Shown: positions 1 to 11,706 of the stretch, in pieces
Numbering within the stretch: position 1 is the stretch's first letter
Layout: every line of letters begins with the position of its first letter
From: an uncultured Methanoregulaceae archaeon
Lineage (GTDB): Archaea > Halobacteriota > Methanomicrobia > Methanomicrobiales > Methanospirillaceae
DNA: 64,000 bases
NCBI GenBank assembly: GCA_963737635.1
Contig: CAVTTL010000001.1
Coordinates: 544,001-608,000 of the forward strand
Direction of reading: 5' to 3'
Notes under the pieces: generated by a model
Told to the model about the DNA's origin: nothing
The model's database searches: none
What the model saw: only the letters and a program-made list of their open reading frames with translations
Program-made: the position numbers and the translations under genes

Positions 1-8
1 ACAGTCTC

Positions 9-350
9 TCAGATCCCGACAAGCAGCCGGTTCATTACAAGTACTGCAGCAAGCCAGACACCGTATGCCCCACCGAAACTGGGGATAAGAGGATAACGGG
101 AAAGGAGGATATAGAGTGCGAGGAGGAAGAGAAGAGTTGGAATGGCAAACCAGAATGATCCCATAATCAGTTGCCTTGTTGTTACTTGACCGGCCTCTGA
201 ATAGGTAAAGAGGAAAGCAAGCGTTGTCGTGATAGGGGCTGCCGCAAGAATGGCCCCGTACTTCGGATCGGCATGCTCTGCAAGAAATGTTACTCCTACA
301 ATGACTCCGCCGCCAATGAGGAATTTCAAGGCAAGGTAAGAATAATCCAT
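9..350 (-). CDS. small 4-TM membrane protein (DUF3147-like)
   Basis: 113 aa hydrophobic ORF; LKFLIGG start and GAILAAAP motif. Confidence 0.65.
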   Translation of the reverse strand: MDYSYLALKFLIGGGVIVGVTFLAEHADPKYGAILAAAPITTTLAFLFTYSEAGQVTTRQLIMGSFWFAIPTLLFLLALYILLSRYPLIPSFGGAYGVWLAAVLVMNRLLVGI

Positions 351-516
351 AGCTCATACCAACATTGCCGTGGGAAGGTAATATATATCCGGTGTGATGG
401 CCGCATCTCCAATACTATGCCTGAAGATGGACATGTATAAACCACAATAACGTGAAACCTGAGGGATAAGAACAAAACCGCGGACACTTACCAATCCCGC
501 CCCATCGGTGACCCGC

Positions 517-1729
517 ATGCAGATAAGCTTCTTGCAAAAAAATATACCGGTATGAAACCCAGCGGGCAGTCCCGCTCGCAGAGACCCTCGCACGCATCGA
601 ACCAAAAGTCCCGGCGGCCGGCATAACCCGGGTCGCTGATATTACCCATCTTGATCGGATCGGCATTCCTGTCTTTTCCTGCATCCGCCCGACTGCTGAG
701 GACGGAGCGATTACGGTCTATAACGGAAAGGGGGCAACTGTCGAGGAATCGCGGATCTCCGGGATTATGGAGGGAATCGAACGGTATTCATCGGAGATTC
801 ACGACCGGAAGATCCGATTGGACACCTACGAAATGATTTCCGGGAGTGAACCAGTGGTAAACCCAAAGGACCTCATCCTCCCTGCAGACACGGAACCCGG
901 CCATGTGCTCCCCTGGGTCGAAGGTTGGGATATCGCAAACGATGCACCGGTCCTTGTGCCGGCGCAGGCCGTCTTTCACCCCCTCCCACGTAACTTCCGG
1001 CAGATCTTCCGGACTTCTACAAACGGCCTCGCCTCAGGAAACACAAAAGAGGAGGCGATTTTCCATGCACTCTGCGAAGTGATCGAGCGGGATGCATGGT
1101 CTCTTGTTGAGGCCACTCGTGACACTGGCCCGGCAGTAACCGGCATTGATGATCCGATGCTTGCGGAGATGCAGAAGAAATTTGCCGATGCGCAAGTAGA
1201 TGTCATTGTTAGGGACATTACCAGCGATGTCGGTATACCTACTATGGCGGCAGTGGCCGATGACGTGCTCCTGAAAGATCCCTCACTGCTTACAATTGGG
1301 ATCGGGACCCACACAAATGCACGCATCGCAGTGATGCGGGCGCTCACCGAGGTGGCACAGAGCAGACTTACCCAGATCCATGGTGCTCGGGAAGATACGG
1401 TGACCGCTGACCTCCGGAAAAAGATGGGCTATGACAGAGTCAAACGGATCAACGGGTACTGGTTTAAGGATAACGGGACAGTGGATTACGGAACCCTCCG
1501 GTCGTTTGACAGCGATGACTTTGCAAGCGATATCCGGTTTATTATTGATGCGCTCAAAAGACAGGAGATCGACCGGGTGATCGTTGTGGATTTGACAAGG
1601 GAAGAAATCGGTGTACCGGTGGCGAGGGTGATCGTACCGGGCCTTGAGGTCTACGCGATGGATCCGGAACGAAGAGGAGCACGATTGAAACATGCAAAAG
1701 ATCATCGTCTTTCTCGGGCCAAGTCTTGA
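517..1729 (+). CDS. ycaO: YcaO-family McrA glycine thioamidation protein (frameshift near 525; ORF track starts late at 767)
   Basis: The frame of 767 extends upstream through GITRVADITHLDRIGIPVF..NGKG; STNGLASGN, EVIERDA and PVARVIVPGLE motifs; adjacent to tfuA. Confidence 0.93.
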
Positions 1730-2345
1730 TCTGGCATCTGCACAGAGAATACTGGAGGCAGAGTACCGGCCGCCCGCAAAACGGGGTGATATCCTTGCAG
1801 CAGTCCATGATGGTGCAAATATCATCGGCCTTATCGACGGCGTCTTTCACCAAGACTCAGCTGTTGCCCATCGGGAAGTTCTTTCTGCTGTAAAAAAAGG
1901 AATAGCAATAATCGGCGCATCGAGCATGGGGGCGCTCCGGGCAGCCGAGATGGATACGCTGGGAATGATCGGTATCGGGAAGATTTACCGGATGTATAAA
2001 GACGGTACACTCACATCCGACGATGAGGTAGCACTTGTTTTTGATCCCGTCTCAGGATATGCACTTTCCGAGCCGCTCATCAATATCCGTTGCACACTCA
2101 AAACAGCAGAGGCCGCAGGTATAATCACACCGGCCGACCACGAGGTCCTGCTCACTGCTGCCCGTTCGGTCTTCTATCCGCAACGCACCTATCAGAGGAT
2201 CGTAACCGTCGTCGGTGACGCTGTTGATACAATCACAAAAGAGCGGTTCCTCGGCTTTGCTACAGCCACCCCGGCCGATCAAAAGCGGGAAGACGCGGTT
2301 GCGGCATTAAAATATATTAGGGATCTTGAAAAGAAAGACACGTGA
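1692..2345 (+). CDS. tfuA: TfuA, thioamidation partner of YcaO
   Basis: VFLGPSL, PPAKRGD, IDGVFHQ, GASSMGALRAAE motifs; overlaps ycaO. Confidence 0.93.
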   Translation: MQKIIVFLGPSLDLASAQRILEAEYRPPAKRGDILAAVHDGANIIGLIDGVFHQDSAVAHREVLSAVKKGIAIIGASSMGALRAAEMDTLGMIGIGKIYRMYKDGTLTSDDEVALVFDPVSGYALSEPLINIRCTLKTAEAAGIITPADHEVLLTAARSVFYPQRTYQRIVTVVGDAVDTITKERFLGFATATPADQKREDAVAALKYIRDLEKKDT

Positions 2346-2382
2346 AACATCACGTTTCTCAGGATTTTTAAAAGCGGAAAGA

Positions 2383-2979
2383 TTACTCCATCTTTCTCCA
2401 AACATAAGCGAACCGCTGGAACGCGGTGATATGGCCGAAAACACCGAAGAGGAGAAGGAGCCAGCCTAGCCAGTTCAGGGTGTATATTGTTAGCGGGACG
2501 AGGATAGTTGCGATCCCGGCCAGCATTATCAACACGAGGCGGTCGGCCCTGCCCAACACCCCGCCGTAGTACCTTCCCACACCGACGGCCTGAGCCTGTG
2601 TCCCCAGGTACGACGACATCAGGACCCCGGTGAGCGCAAGCACACCGATCGGCCAGGGAACCAGACCACTTGCGAAGATACCGGTGATGATGAAGATGTC
2701 TGCGTACCGGTCGACCGCGTGGTCGAGAAAGTCTCCCCGGAGACTCTGGCTTTTTGTCTCCCGGGCAACAGCGCCGTCCATCGCATCGCAGAACGCGTTT
2801 ATAGCGACCGCAAGAACCGCCCAGAGTTCCAGCCGGAAAAAGAAGAGCAGGCCGGCAACAGCGGATGCCACAAACGCTGCGATAGTGAGGATATTCGGGG
2901 TGATCCTGCACCGGATAGCAAACCGGACAAGCGGGTCGAAATAGACCTTGACATGCGGGCGGAACTGGTCGAGCGTCAA
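2383..2979 (-). CDS. CDP-alcohol phosphatidyltransferase (archaetidylinositol phosphate synthase-like)
   Basis: DAMDGAVAR...GDFLDHAVDRYAD signature. Confidence 0.9.
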   Translation of the reverse strand: MTLDQFRPHVKVYFDPLVRFAIRCRITPNILTIAAFVASAVAGLLFFFRLELWAVLAVAINAFCDAMDGAVARETKSQSLRGDFLDHAVDRYADIFIITGIFASGLVPWPIGVLALTGVLMSSYLGTQAQAVGVGRYYGGVLGRADRLVLIMLAGIATILVPLTIYTLNWLGWLLLLFGVFGHITAFQRFAYVWRKME

Positions 2980-3488
2980 GGCGACACCCCGGCATACGCT
3001 GACCAGTCTATGGAACCAAACGATGCGCGAATTTCTCCCCGGTAAAATCGTTCAATGGTGTCGGCACATTCAGCCGGGCTTTTTGCTGTCGTGTCCAGTT
3101 CGAAGACCTGAAACGGCTCATATTGCGCTACTGTTTCGATCAGGCATACGTCAAGCGCTTCGGCATCCCGGTTCTCAGCGATCTTGTCCGGTGAATAGCC
3201 GCGGGCTGCAAGGCGGGACGAAAGCTCGTCGGGACGAAGACGCAATACAATCATACGGTCGCAAGTAAGCAGGTGGGCAAAATGGCCTTCGACAAAGCCG
3301 TCAAAAGGTACGAATTCGTCGACCATCCGGTCGGTATCGATGATTTGCGTATCCCGCTCCGGGTCCTTGCCCAGTACATAAGGTTGTATTATACGGGTAA
3401 TATGGACTACCCCGTACCCACGGCGGGCTAGTTCATCTGCAACAGTAGATTTGCCAGTCCCCGGTGTCCCGGTGATACCGCACATCAT
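2976..3488 (-). CDS. adenylate kinase, AK6/Fap7 family
   Basis: GITGTPGTGKST P-loop, EGH motif, RLAARGY. Confidence 0.88.
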   Translation of the reverse strand: MMCGITGTPGTGKSTVADELARRGYGVVHITRIIQPYVLGKDPERDTQIIDTDRMVDEFVPFDGFVEGHFAHLLTCDRMIVLRLRPDELSSRLAARGYSPDKIAENRDAEALDVCLIETVAQYEPFQVFELDTTAKSPAECADTIERFYRGEIRASFGSIDWSAYAGVSP

Positions 3489-4537
3489 AGAGCATTTAAC
3501 TCCCGGACAAACCGTTCGTTCTCCCAGTCCTCTCCAACGCTCACCCGGATATAATGGTCGGCAAGTCCTGTAAAACTTCTGCAGGAGCGCACGAGCACAC
3601 CTTTTGCGGCCAACTTCTCCACAATCTCATCTCCGGTGTACGGCATTACGTCGACCATAACGAAGTTGGCATCCGAAGGCAGGACCGGATAATTCAGCGC
3701 TGCACTAAAACGCTTACGCCAAGTGACGACCTGCGCAATGTACCGGGCCGCGTGCTCCTTGTCCGTTAGTGCAGCTGCAGCCGCTGCCGCCGAGACCGAG
3801 TTTACGGTAAAGGGTGTACCAGCCCGAAGGTAGAACGGCTGGAGCCAGGCAGGAACAAACGCGTACCCAATCCGGAAACCGGCGAGTGAATGCACCTTCG
3901 AAAATGTCCGACCGACAACAAGGTTTTCGTACTTTCTCATGAGAGGGAGATAATCAATACCTGAAAACTCGACATACGCATTATCGAGAAAGAGCACCCC
4001 ACCGATCTCTTCAAGTACCCTTTGGATATCCTCAACAGAAGTTGAATTTCCAGTTGGGTTGTTTGGAGTGCAGAGGACTACAATCTTGGCGTCCTTTCCG
4101 GCCCGGATAAGCGCATCAGGATCAACTGAAAAATCAGCAAGTCGTCGGACTGTGACGACCTTTGCTCCCTGTGCCTGCGCGGCGATCCCATAGAAGGAGA
4201 AGGTCGGGGTTGATACTATCACTGTCTCGCCAGGGTCCACAAGCGTGCGCGTCAGGGTCTCGATCACTCCATCCATACCGACACCAGCAACAAACGTATA
4301 GTCGCCGTAATATGCGCAAAGGGCAGAAACCAGAATATCCACCCGCTCGTCAGGGTACCGGTTCGCGGTGAGAACCGCTTCGTGCGCTGCTGCTACCACT
4401 GCCGGTGACGGGCCCTCAGGATTCTCGTTGCTCGCCAGCCGGGCAATACGATTGTCGCCTTCGCTATTCGCACGGCTTCCCTTCTTTGCAAAAACATATC
4501 CGCCTTGCCTATAGCATGACCTTACCAAGCGCTCCAT
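3485..4537 (-). CDS. hisC: histidinol-phosphate aminotransferase
   Basis: LASNENP, PNNPTG, RTFSKVHSLAGFRIGY. Confidence 0.92.
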   Translation of the reverse strand: MERLVRSCYRQGGYVFAKKGSRANSEGDNRIARLASNENPEGPSPAVVAAAHEAVLTANRYPDERVDILVSALCAYYGDYTFVAGVGMDGVIETLTRTLVDPGETVIVSTPTFSFYGIAAQAQGAKVVTVRRLADFSVDPDALIRAGKDAKIVVLCTPNNPTGNSTSVEDIQRVLEEIGGVLFLDNAYVEFSGIDYLPLMRKYENLVVGRTFSKVHSLAGFRIGYAFVPAWLQPFYLRAGTPFTVNSVSAAAAAAALTDKEHAARYIAQVVTWRKRFSAALNYPVLPSDANFVMVDVMPYTGDEIVEKLAAKGVLVRSCRSFTGLADHYIRVSVGEDWENERFVRELNAL

Positions 4538-5670
4538 CGATCACCTTCACCGCACGGTCGATCTCGGCATCCGAGATCACGAGCGGCGGAACGAGCCGCA
4601 GATTCCCATCCGCCGCACAGTTAACAATCACGCCATTCTCGGCGCATTCCTTTTGGACATCAGGACATTTGTCTCCGACCTTGATACCAATCATCAAGCC
4701 GCGTACCCGGGGGTGGTATTTCGCAAGGCCTTTCCGGAAACGTTCGCCTTTGCGGGCAACCTCAGGCAGGAGTGGTTCGAGAACGCCAATTGTCGCAAGG
4801 CCTGCAGCACAGGCAAGAGGACCACCCGCAAAAGTGCTCCCGTGCTCGCCTTTCGTAAACTCAAGACCGTCGCGGGCAACAAGAGCACCCATTGGAAAAC
4901 CACTTGCGATACCCTTTGCAAGCGTCACGATATCCGGTTCCACTTTAGTATGCTGGATCGCAAGCCACTTCCCGGTCCGGCCCATCCCGGTCTGGACTTC
5001 GTCGACTATCATAAACGTCCCGGTCGCATCACAGATCTCACGAATCCCCGCAAGGAAACTGTCCGGGGGAATGATGACTCCGGCTTCACCTTGAATGGGC
5101 TCGACGATAACAGCGGCAGTATCTCTGTCCACTGCCTTCTTAACGGCGTCAAGGTTCCCGTATTCAACAAATGTGGTAGGGAGACCAAGGGGTTCGAAGG
5201 GTTCGCGGGCCGCCGGCTTATGCGTTACCGCAAGCGATCCGATCGTCCGGCCATGGAAGCCATGAGTAAAGGCAACAAATTTTTTCTTTTTGGTCCTGAC
5301 CCGGGCAAGTTTTAAGGCACCATCGCTTGCCTCAGCTCCCGAGTTGGAGAAGAAGGTTTTTTTGAGACCCGTAATCTCCACAATCTTTTTTGCAGAGCTC
5401 ACCCTGATGAGGGACATAGTAGAGGTTTGAGCAATGGATGAGTTCATGTGCCTGGTCGCAGATCGCCTTTACTACGGCCGGGTGGCAGTGCCCGGTACTG
5501 CAGACAGCAATACCGGCCACACAATCGATGTATTCCTTTCCGGTGCCATCCCAGACGGTGGAGCCCTTTCCGCGGACAATCGCCATGCTCCGCGAGAAGG
5601 CAGGCATAAAATACTGATCGTCCAGCGCCTTGTACATGCTTGTAACATCGGTATTTTTCATTCTTACCAC
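4509..5670 (-). CDS. argD: acetylornithine aminotransferase (frameshift near 5390)
   Basis: N-half [19 protein letters not shown]; C-half [29 protein letters not shown]. Confidence 0.9.
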
Positions 5671-5740
5671 GTAATTTCAAATTTTCTATCTTTGGTCTCT
5701 GCGTATATTCTCAAATTCCCTGTTTTGATAGAACGAGGGT

Positions 5741-6658
5741 TTATTCATACTCGATCGTTGCCGGAGGTTTCGGGGTGATGTCGTACACCACGCGGGAGAC
5801 ACTCGGGATCTCTGCGGTAATTCTGGCACCAATTCTCATGAGATCGGCAAACGGGATGTCGAGCGGGTCGGCAGTCATACCGTCACGTGAGTTCACGGCC
5901 CGAATTGCCACGATCCAACCATGAATCCTGTTGTCACCTTTAACACCTGTCCCAAGGCCCAACAGAGCCGCAAAGCACTGCCAGGGGCGGTATTGCTCAA
6001 CAATCTCGGACTCTGCGATCCAGTTAGCCTCCCGGATCACTGCAACCTTCTCCCGCGTGACCTCCCCGACAATGCGGACAGCAAGGCCCGGTCCGGGAAA
6101 GGGCATCCGGTGCTGGATCTCCGTGGGCAGGCCAAGCGCTCCGGCGATTTCCCTCACCTCGTCCTTATATAGGTCCCTGATGGGTTCGATCACGTTTTTG
6201 AATGCCATTTCTAAGGGCATACCCCCGACATTGTGGTGGCTTTTGATGCCCCCTTCGCTCTCGATCCGGTCCGGGTAGATCGTTCCCTGGAGCAGACAGG
6301 TTGCCCCCGACTTTTTTGCTTCCCTCTCGAAAACCCGGATGAACCGTTCGCCGATAGCCTTGCGTTTCTTTTCGGGATCCGTGATCCCGGCAAGTGCGGC
6401 AAGGAACTCATCGCCGGCATCAACTACCTGAAGCCGGATCTCTCCGAAGAGGGTTTTTATTCTTTCAGTCTCTCCTTTCCGCATCAGGCCGGTATCGATA
6501 TAGATCGGAATCAACTGGTCGCCGATTGCGCGGGCTGCAAGTGCTGCACAGACCGAGCTGTCGACGCCGCCCGAGAGAGCTACAACAACCTTTTCGCTAC
6601 CAGCGGCTTTTTTGATCTCCTCGATTGCCTCATGGATGAACTTTTCTGGTTTGACCAT
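5741..6658 (-). CDS. guaA: GMP synthase subunit B (ATP pyrophosphatase)
   Basis: [38 protein letters not shown]. Confidence 0.95.
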   Translation of the reverse strand: MVKPEKFIHEAIEEIKKAAGSEKVVVALSGGVDSSVCAALAARAIGDQLIPIYIDTGLMRKGETERIKTLFGEIRLQVVDAGDEFLAALAGITDPEKKRKAIGERFIRVFEREAKKSGATCLLQGTIYPDRIESEGGIKSHHNVGGMPLEMAFKNVIEPIRDLYKDEVREIAGALGLPTEIQHRMPFPGPGLAVRIVGEVTREKVAVIREANWIAESEIVEQYRPWQCFAALLGLGTGVKGDNRIHGWIVAIRAVNSRDGMTADPLDIPFADLMRIGARITAEIPSVSRVVYDITPKPPATIEYE

Positions 6659-6672
6659 GATAACCTCCCCGC

Positions 6673-8253
6673 CTATTTTGTGCGCTTGGTGGCTCCGCAC
6701 GCCTCAACAAACCCGAGATATGGAGGGGAAGGGCGTGTTGGCCGTGACCGGAACTCGGGGTGGAATTGCGTTGCAAAGAAGAACGGATGACCGGGGAGTT
6801 CAAGGCATTCCATCCGGTTCTTGTTTGTGGCCGAGAAAACTAATCCCCCATTTTCCAGTTTTTCGATATAGTTGGGGTTGACTTCATACCGGTGCCGGTG
6901 ACGTTCGACAATCTGGTTCTGCCCATAGAGTTTCATTGCGAGGGTGTTATCCCGGATATCCGAGGTATAGTCTCCAAGGCGCATCGTACCACCCAGTTCA
7001 GTGACACTTTCCTGTTCGGGAAGGAGCGCAATCACGTGCGACCCTTCCCCAAATTCTTCGCTGGTTGCATCAGTAATTCCACATCTATTCCGGGCAAATT
7101 CGACGGTCGCCAGCTGGAACCCCAGGCAGAGACCAAGAAACGGCACGTTGTTTTCGCGGGCAAATTTAATTGCCTCGATCTTGTCTTCGATGCCCCGTTT
7201 CCCAAACCCTCCAGGGATGAGAATGCCATCGTAATCCTTGAGCTGGTTGCGTTCGTATCGTTCCGCATCCAGCCATACGATCTTCACCTCGGTAGAAAGT
7301 GCCCTTCCCGCATGTTTGAGCGCTTCCTTAATACTGATGTAAACATCTTCGATCCCATATTTACTTACAATCGCAACCGTGACCCGGTTCGTGTACTCTT
7401 TAGTGACGAGCCGATACCATGAGGGATCTGTCTCTTTCTTCTCAAGGCCAAGAATCAAAGAGAGGACATCGGCTATCCCCTCTTTTTCCATCTCCATCGG
7501 CACTTCATAGGTGTCATTAGCGGTCGCTGCAGATATGACAGCGTTTAAGGGGAGATCGCAGAATGCCGAAATCTTGCGTTTGGTGTTGGCACCGATCACA
7601 CGCTCGCACCTGCCGACGATAATATCTGCATGGAGCCCAAGTTCCCGAAGTGCCTTGACAGAGTGCTGGGTGGGTTTTGTCTTTAAGTCACCCATCGCAT
7701 CCTCCGGAACGAGCGTTACATGGATCAGGACATAGTTATGGGCAGGAAGTTCGCCCCGCATCTGCCGGACTGCCTCTAGGAACGGCATGCTTTCGATATC
7801 TCCGACAGTACCGCCCACTTCCACTAAGCAGACCTCAGCTTTAGTACTGTCAGGGAACTCCTCTTCTGCCGCCTGGCGGATGCAGGCCTTTATCTGATCG
7901 GTGATGTGGGGAATGATCTGTACAGTTTCGCCAAGGAAATCACCCCGGCGTTCTTTATCGATGACTGTACGATATACCTTACCGGTGGTAATGTTGTGGG
8001 AAGAGGTAAGCTCGATATCAAGAAACCGCTCATAGTTACCGAGATCGAGATCGACTTCGCTCCCATCCTTTAAGACAAAAACTTCACCATGTTGGGCCGG
8101 GTTCATGGTTCCCGCATCAATATTCAGGTACGGGTCAATTTTCACAGCTGTGACCTGATATCCGCGGTTTTTCAGGATCCGTCCGACTGAGGCAGCTGTG
8201 ATCCCTTTTCCCAGGCCGCTCATAACACCACCGGTGATAAAAATGTACTTCAC
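6673..8253 (-). CDS. pyrG: CTP synthase
   Basis: [36 protein letters not shown]. Confidence 0.97.
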   Translation of the reverse strand: MKYIFITGGVMSGLGKGITAASVGRILKNRGYQVTAVKIDPYLNIDAGTMNPAQHGEVFVLKDGSEVDLDLGNYERFLDIELTSSHNITTGKVYRTVIDKERRGDFLGETVQIIPHITDQIKACIRQAAEEEFPDSTKAEVCLVEVGGTVGDIESMPFLEAVRQMRGELPAHNYVLIHVTLVPEDAMGDLKTKPTQHSVKALRELGLHADIIVGRCERVIGANTKRKISAFCDLPLNAVISAATANDTYEVPMEMEKEGIADVLSLILGLEKKETDPSWYRLVTKEYTNRVTVAIVSKYGIEDVYISIKEALKHAGRALSTEVKIVWLDAERYERNQLKDYDGILIPGGFGKRGIEDKIEAIKFARENNVPFLGLCLGFQLATVEFARNRCGITDATSEEFGEGSHVIALLPEQESVTELGGTMRLGDYTSDIRDNTLAMKLYGQNQIVERHRHRYEVNPNYIEKLENGGLVFSATNKNRMECLELPGHPFFFATQFHPEFRSRPTRPSPPYLGFVEACGATKRTK

Positions 8254-8545
8254 GTGATCTCCCCGATTGCTTTACCATTTAAGCCGCATTCCCTATTATT
8301 ATTATCTTAACGACGGGATAGAACGGCCGGTCCTGATTGGTGACCACCTGACGACCCAGACTACGTTTTTCAGGAAGAAACTATTCAACACCCTCCGTTG
8401 TTACAACCGCCGTACTCTTCTTTCAGGGTATATTGTAGATCTCTTATCCCATTCGTATGATACCGCCATCGATCCGCCGGGTGCGTCCGGATCAATGGGA
8501 TTACAAAAGCAAGATTGATGTCTGGATAGTACCCATATTAACGGC

Positions 8546-9283
8546 ATGAAACATGGGGCGATCCTTCTAATTCTGGCACTTTTTCTGGTATGTGCCATAG
8601 CCGTCAATCCCGCCTTGGCAGAAAATATGACTGTTACTACTTCTCACGATGCTGCTACGGATTACTATAACTATGCCGAGCTTGCATTGGAAGCCGGGAA
8701 CTATACAGGGGCGATTGCCCTCTACGACCAGGCACTCGGATCGAATACGACCATGATTAAACTGGATGGTGTGCTCCTCTATGTCTACCATGATAAATCC
8801 TATGCACAAATCCAGCAGGGTAATTATACCGGCGCGATAACAACTCTTGATACCGGCCTCTCTGTGTACCCTGGCGACGAGAACCTCCTGAATAACAAAG
8901 GCTACGCCCAGTACAATCTCGGGAACTATGCAGATGCCGTGAATTCTTACGATCAGGCGCTTGCAAGTGACGCAAATTTTACAACAGCCCTGATCAACAA
9001 GGGGGACGCTCTGGAAAAATTGGGGAACTACCAAGACGCGGTAACAGCGTATAAAACAGCAATCGCAAGCGATCCCGGCAATGCAGCTGCGACCGCAAAA
9101 CTTGCCGGGGCAGAAAAATCTGTCGCTGCCAAGTTCCCGGTCACGTTGATCGTCATTATTATCGTTGTGATTATCGCTGGAGCCGGTATCGCGTTTTATA
9201 TCATCAAAAAGGCCCCCTCCGACAAAAAGGCGGCAGATACTCCTGACAAAAAAACCGATACAAGGAAGAAGAGAAGTGAATAA
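8546..9283 (+). CDS. exported, membrane-anchored TPR protein
   Basis: Signal peptide, 4-5 TPR motifs, C-terminal TM helix followed by a Lys-rich tail. Confidence 0.85.
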   Translation: MKHGAILLILALFLVCAIAVNPALAENMTVTTSHDAATDYYNYAELALEAGNYTGAIALYDQALGSNTTMIKLDGVLLYVYHDKSYAQIQQGNYTGAITTLDTGLSVYPGDENLLNNKGYAQYNLGNYADAVNSYDQALASDANFTTALINKGDALEKLGNYQDAVTAYKTAIASDPGNAAATAKLAGAEKSVAAKFPVTLIVIIIVVIIAGAGIAFYIIKKAPSDKKAADTPDKKTDTRKKRSE

Positions 9284-9299
9284 ATTCTTTTTTTTTATG

Positions 9300-9716
9300 T
9301 TACGTGAGAGCAGTAACAGCAAATGAGGCAGTGGTTCTTGAGAGCAGGGTTTTTTCCGCATTATCGATCCTGACTTCTCCCTCACAGAACGCGACCCGTC
9401 GCCCTTTCCTGAGCACCCGGGCCTCGGCTACGATTATACCGTCCCGCACTCCCTTGATAAAACTCGTGGATTCAGATATGGTGGCTATTCCCTCGGTCTT
9501 TTCGAGCATCGGATAGAGCGCAAGCGCCATCGCTTCATCGGCAAGTGCAACAAGCAGTCCTCCTTGCAACCAGCCAACACCATTGTGCATATCAGAACGG
9601 ATAGTCATTTTCAGAATTGCCCGGCCTTCCTCTATATGGACAACCTCAATCCCTGCAAGGCAGAAAAAAGGGTTGGCATATTTCCCGTCTTTTCGAAGAT
9701 TATCCAGATAAGTCAT
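9300..9716 (-). CDS. PaaI-family thioesterase
   Basis: HNGVGWLQGG..LADEAM hotdog motif; RKGRRVAF. Confidence 0.85.
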   Translation of the reverse strand: MTYLDNLRKDGKYANPFFCLAGIEVVHIEEGRAILKMTIRSDMHNGVGWLQGGLLVALADEAMALALYPMLEKTEGIATISESTSFIKGVRDGIIVAEARVLRKGRRVAFCEGEVRIDNAEKTLLSRTTASFAVTALT

Positions 9717-9838
9717 GAAACTCCGGGGAAGATGTCTGGAATGAAAGGGTATTAAGGTTCCCGTCACAGAGAGAAGGCGTTCTGCTCCCAAAATATATGA
9801 ATCCGGAATGGTAATCGGTGAATGGAGGCTTTTTGATT

Positions 9839-10096
9839 ATGCCGCTTTCAACAAATGAATTCGAAAAAGGGACCTGCGGGACAAATGCGATTGAGAGCCT
9901 GCTTATGGCCCATCCCGGTATGGCGTACTCGCTTCACGAGATTGAAGAGGCACTTATCGGACCCGGTATGAACCGAACAAAACATCTTGATGTATTTATC
10001 GCTTACCTGACACTGCTTGGCCCGCTGTTGTTTAAAGAAAACAAGATCGAGTACCGGGTGGTCGATGGCATCCCGTACTTTCGGTGGCGGGAATAA
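9839..10096 (+). CDS. small hypothetical protein, possibly winged helix
   Basis: GGAGG upstream; AYSLHEIEEAL...IEYRVVDGIPYFRW pattern. Confidence 0.55.
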   Translation: MPLSTNEFEKGTCGTNAIESLLMAHPGMAYSLHEIEEALIGPGMNRTKHLDVFIAYLTLLGPLLFKENKIEYRVVDGIPYFRWRE

Positions 10097-10172
10097 AGCA
10101 GCCATATTTTTCGGTCTTCAGGGGCAGGCATATCTGGAAGTACACTTACCTTAAATACACGATTCTCCTGAA

Positions 10173-10412
10173 ATGTGTACCATGGAAGATGCAGAAATTA
10201 AAGAAATGCTCGCCGATCTGGCCTGGCTCAATGCGCTGATCGCGACAGAACTCATTCAAGTAACCGAGAATACCTCAGCTATCCTGCGGAAATCCCCACC
10301 TCCCGAAAGTTGTCTCAGGGATCACCAGGAGCTCCGCGCAACTGCCCTTGCGATTGCAGAGAAATATCATAAAGATGCAGCTCTTGCCCGGCACTTGGGA
10401 AAACACCAGTAA
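10173..10412 (+). CDS. small helical hypothetical protein
   Basis: Plausible 79 aa ORF followed by a T-rich tract. Confidence 0.65.
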   Translation: MCTMEDAEIKEMLADLAWLNALIATELIQVTENTSAILRKSPPPESCLRDHQELRATALAIAEKYHKDAALARHLGKHQ

Positions 10413-10768
10413 TATTATTTTGTTCTTTCTGAAGCAGAACGTAGGGGGTGTCGATATCACTGTAGTGGTAATAGATTCCTTTAATGAGATATGAAGAGAG
10501 AAAGATCCTGATGTCCTAGTGGCATGCCTTTGGGAGACCCTCTCGACATCCTGAGCTTCTTGATGCCCCGCTGCAAGCAATAACGACACGCACTCTGGCA
10601 CAGCGGCCGCTCTCGCAGTTATATCGATAACCAGATCTGCCCATAAAACCTTTTTTAACGCCTGTTGAAACTTTCGGTCACACGGATGTTCATTTTTATT
10701 CAGATTGGGCAACCCGGGTCTGCCGGTCCGTTTGTAAATTGTATTTTACATTTATATTTTAAAAAGAC

Positions 10769-10797
10769 TAAAATTTATAATAGTATTATAAATTTTA
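10769..10797. repeat. perfect 14-bp AT-only inverted repeat, TAAAATTTATAATA-G-TATTATAAATTTTA
   Basis: Arms 10769-10782 and 10784-10797 are exact reverse complements. Confidence 0.9.
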
Positions 10798-10837
10798 ATG
10801 TTGTTAAAATATTATGAACGCGGTAGTGAAAGTAGTT

Positions 10838-11704
10838 TCAGTCCGTGTCGGGGGTGCGTTCCCTCCTTGCGAACAGATGAACCTGCGACAACGATGTAGG
10901 GGATCCACCATAAAATAAAACAGGAGCCCGGTCTGCACCATCTTGGATCCAGAGCGTGTAACTTTTATCACTGAGGAAATCAAGTATTGAAGATATCCCA
11001 TAACCGCGGTGCTGTAGTTCCGGCAAGTGGATCTCTATGTTTAAACCCGGATGCATTTCCAGGATTTTAGATGCGCCTCTCAGCACATCAACTTCAAACC
11101 CTTCGACGTCTATTTTAATGAAGTTTGGATGACAGCCCGAATAGGCATCAAGCGTTGTCATGCTGACAGAAGTGAGGTAACTTGTTCTCTCAACTACCAC
11201 TGAATTGTGCTCATCCCTTAACGAAACGATTCCCTCAAACGCACCGACTGCCTTATTTATTGCGATCACATTCGATAAATGGTTGAGTTCAATATTTTTT
11301 TCAAGTATTTTGAAATTGTGGATTGATGGTTCAAATGCAACTACTTTACCACTTTTCCCGACCCATTGTGCCATCAGGATTGAAAAGAAGCCGTGATGCG
11401 CTCCAACGTCAAAAACAGTGTCGCCTTCACGCACCATCTGTTTGGCGAATTCCCATTCTGGAGACAGGGAAGCGCAATCATTCCCACCATACCATTCTTC
11501 CCCGGTGGTGTCCCCTATTAGGAAGTTGAATGTGAGGCCACCAATAGTTTTTTTGATGACGTATTGCACGAATGAGTCTTTGTAAAGGTACCTCTTCAGA
11601 ACACACCGCACCCTCAAGGGCAAAACGCGATGGGCAAGAGATATTACTGCATATTCCATTTTTTTCATCATATAAACCTTCAGGTTCGGATATATATGCT
11701 TCAT
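10838..11704 (-). CDS. FkbM-family SAM methyltransferase
   Basis: FDVGAHHG, VAFEPS, IKIDVEGFE; visibly more AT-rich than its neighbours. Confidence 0.9.
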   Translation of the reverse strand: MKHIYPNLKVYMMKKMEYAVISLAHRVLPLRVRCVLKRYLYKDSFVQYVIKKTIGGLTFNFLIGDTTGEEWYGGNDCASLSPEWEFAKQMVREGDTVFDVGAHHGFFSILMAQWVGKSGKVVAFEPSIHNFKILEKNIELNHLSNVIAINKAVGAFEGIVSLRDEHNSVVVERTSYLTSVSMTTLDAYSGCHPNFIKIDVEGFEVDVLRGASKILEMHPGLNIEIHLPELQHRGYGISSILDFLSDKSYTLWIQDGADRAPVLFYGGSPTSLSQVHLFARRERTPDTD

Positions 11705-11706
11705 TT

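Noticed and set aside
517-2345. YcaO-TfuA as a novel thioamide RiPP cluster
   Set aside because: This is the known MCR thioglycine system of methanogens; no precursor peptide or tailoring genes are nearby
10275-10712. 145-aa ORF or decayed regulator at the islet edge
   Set aside because: Overlaps a better gene on the other strand and has no convincing motif
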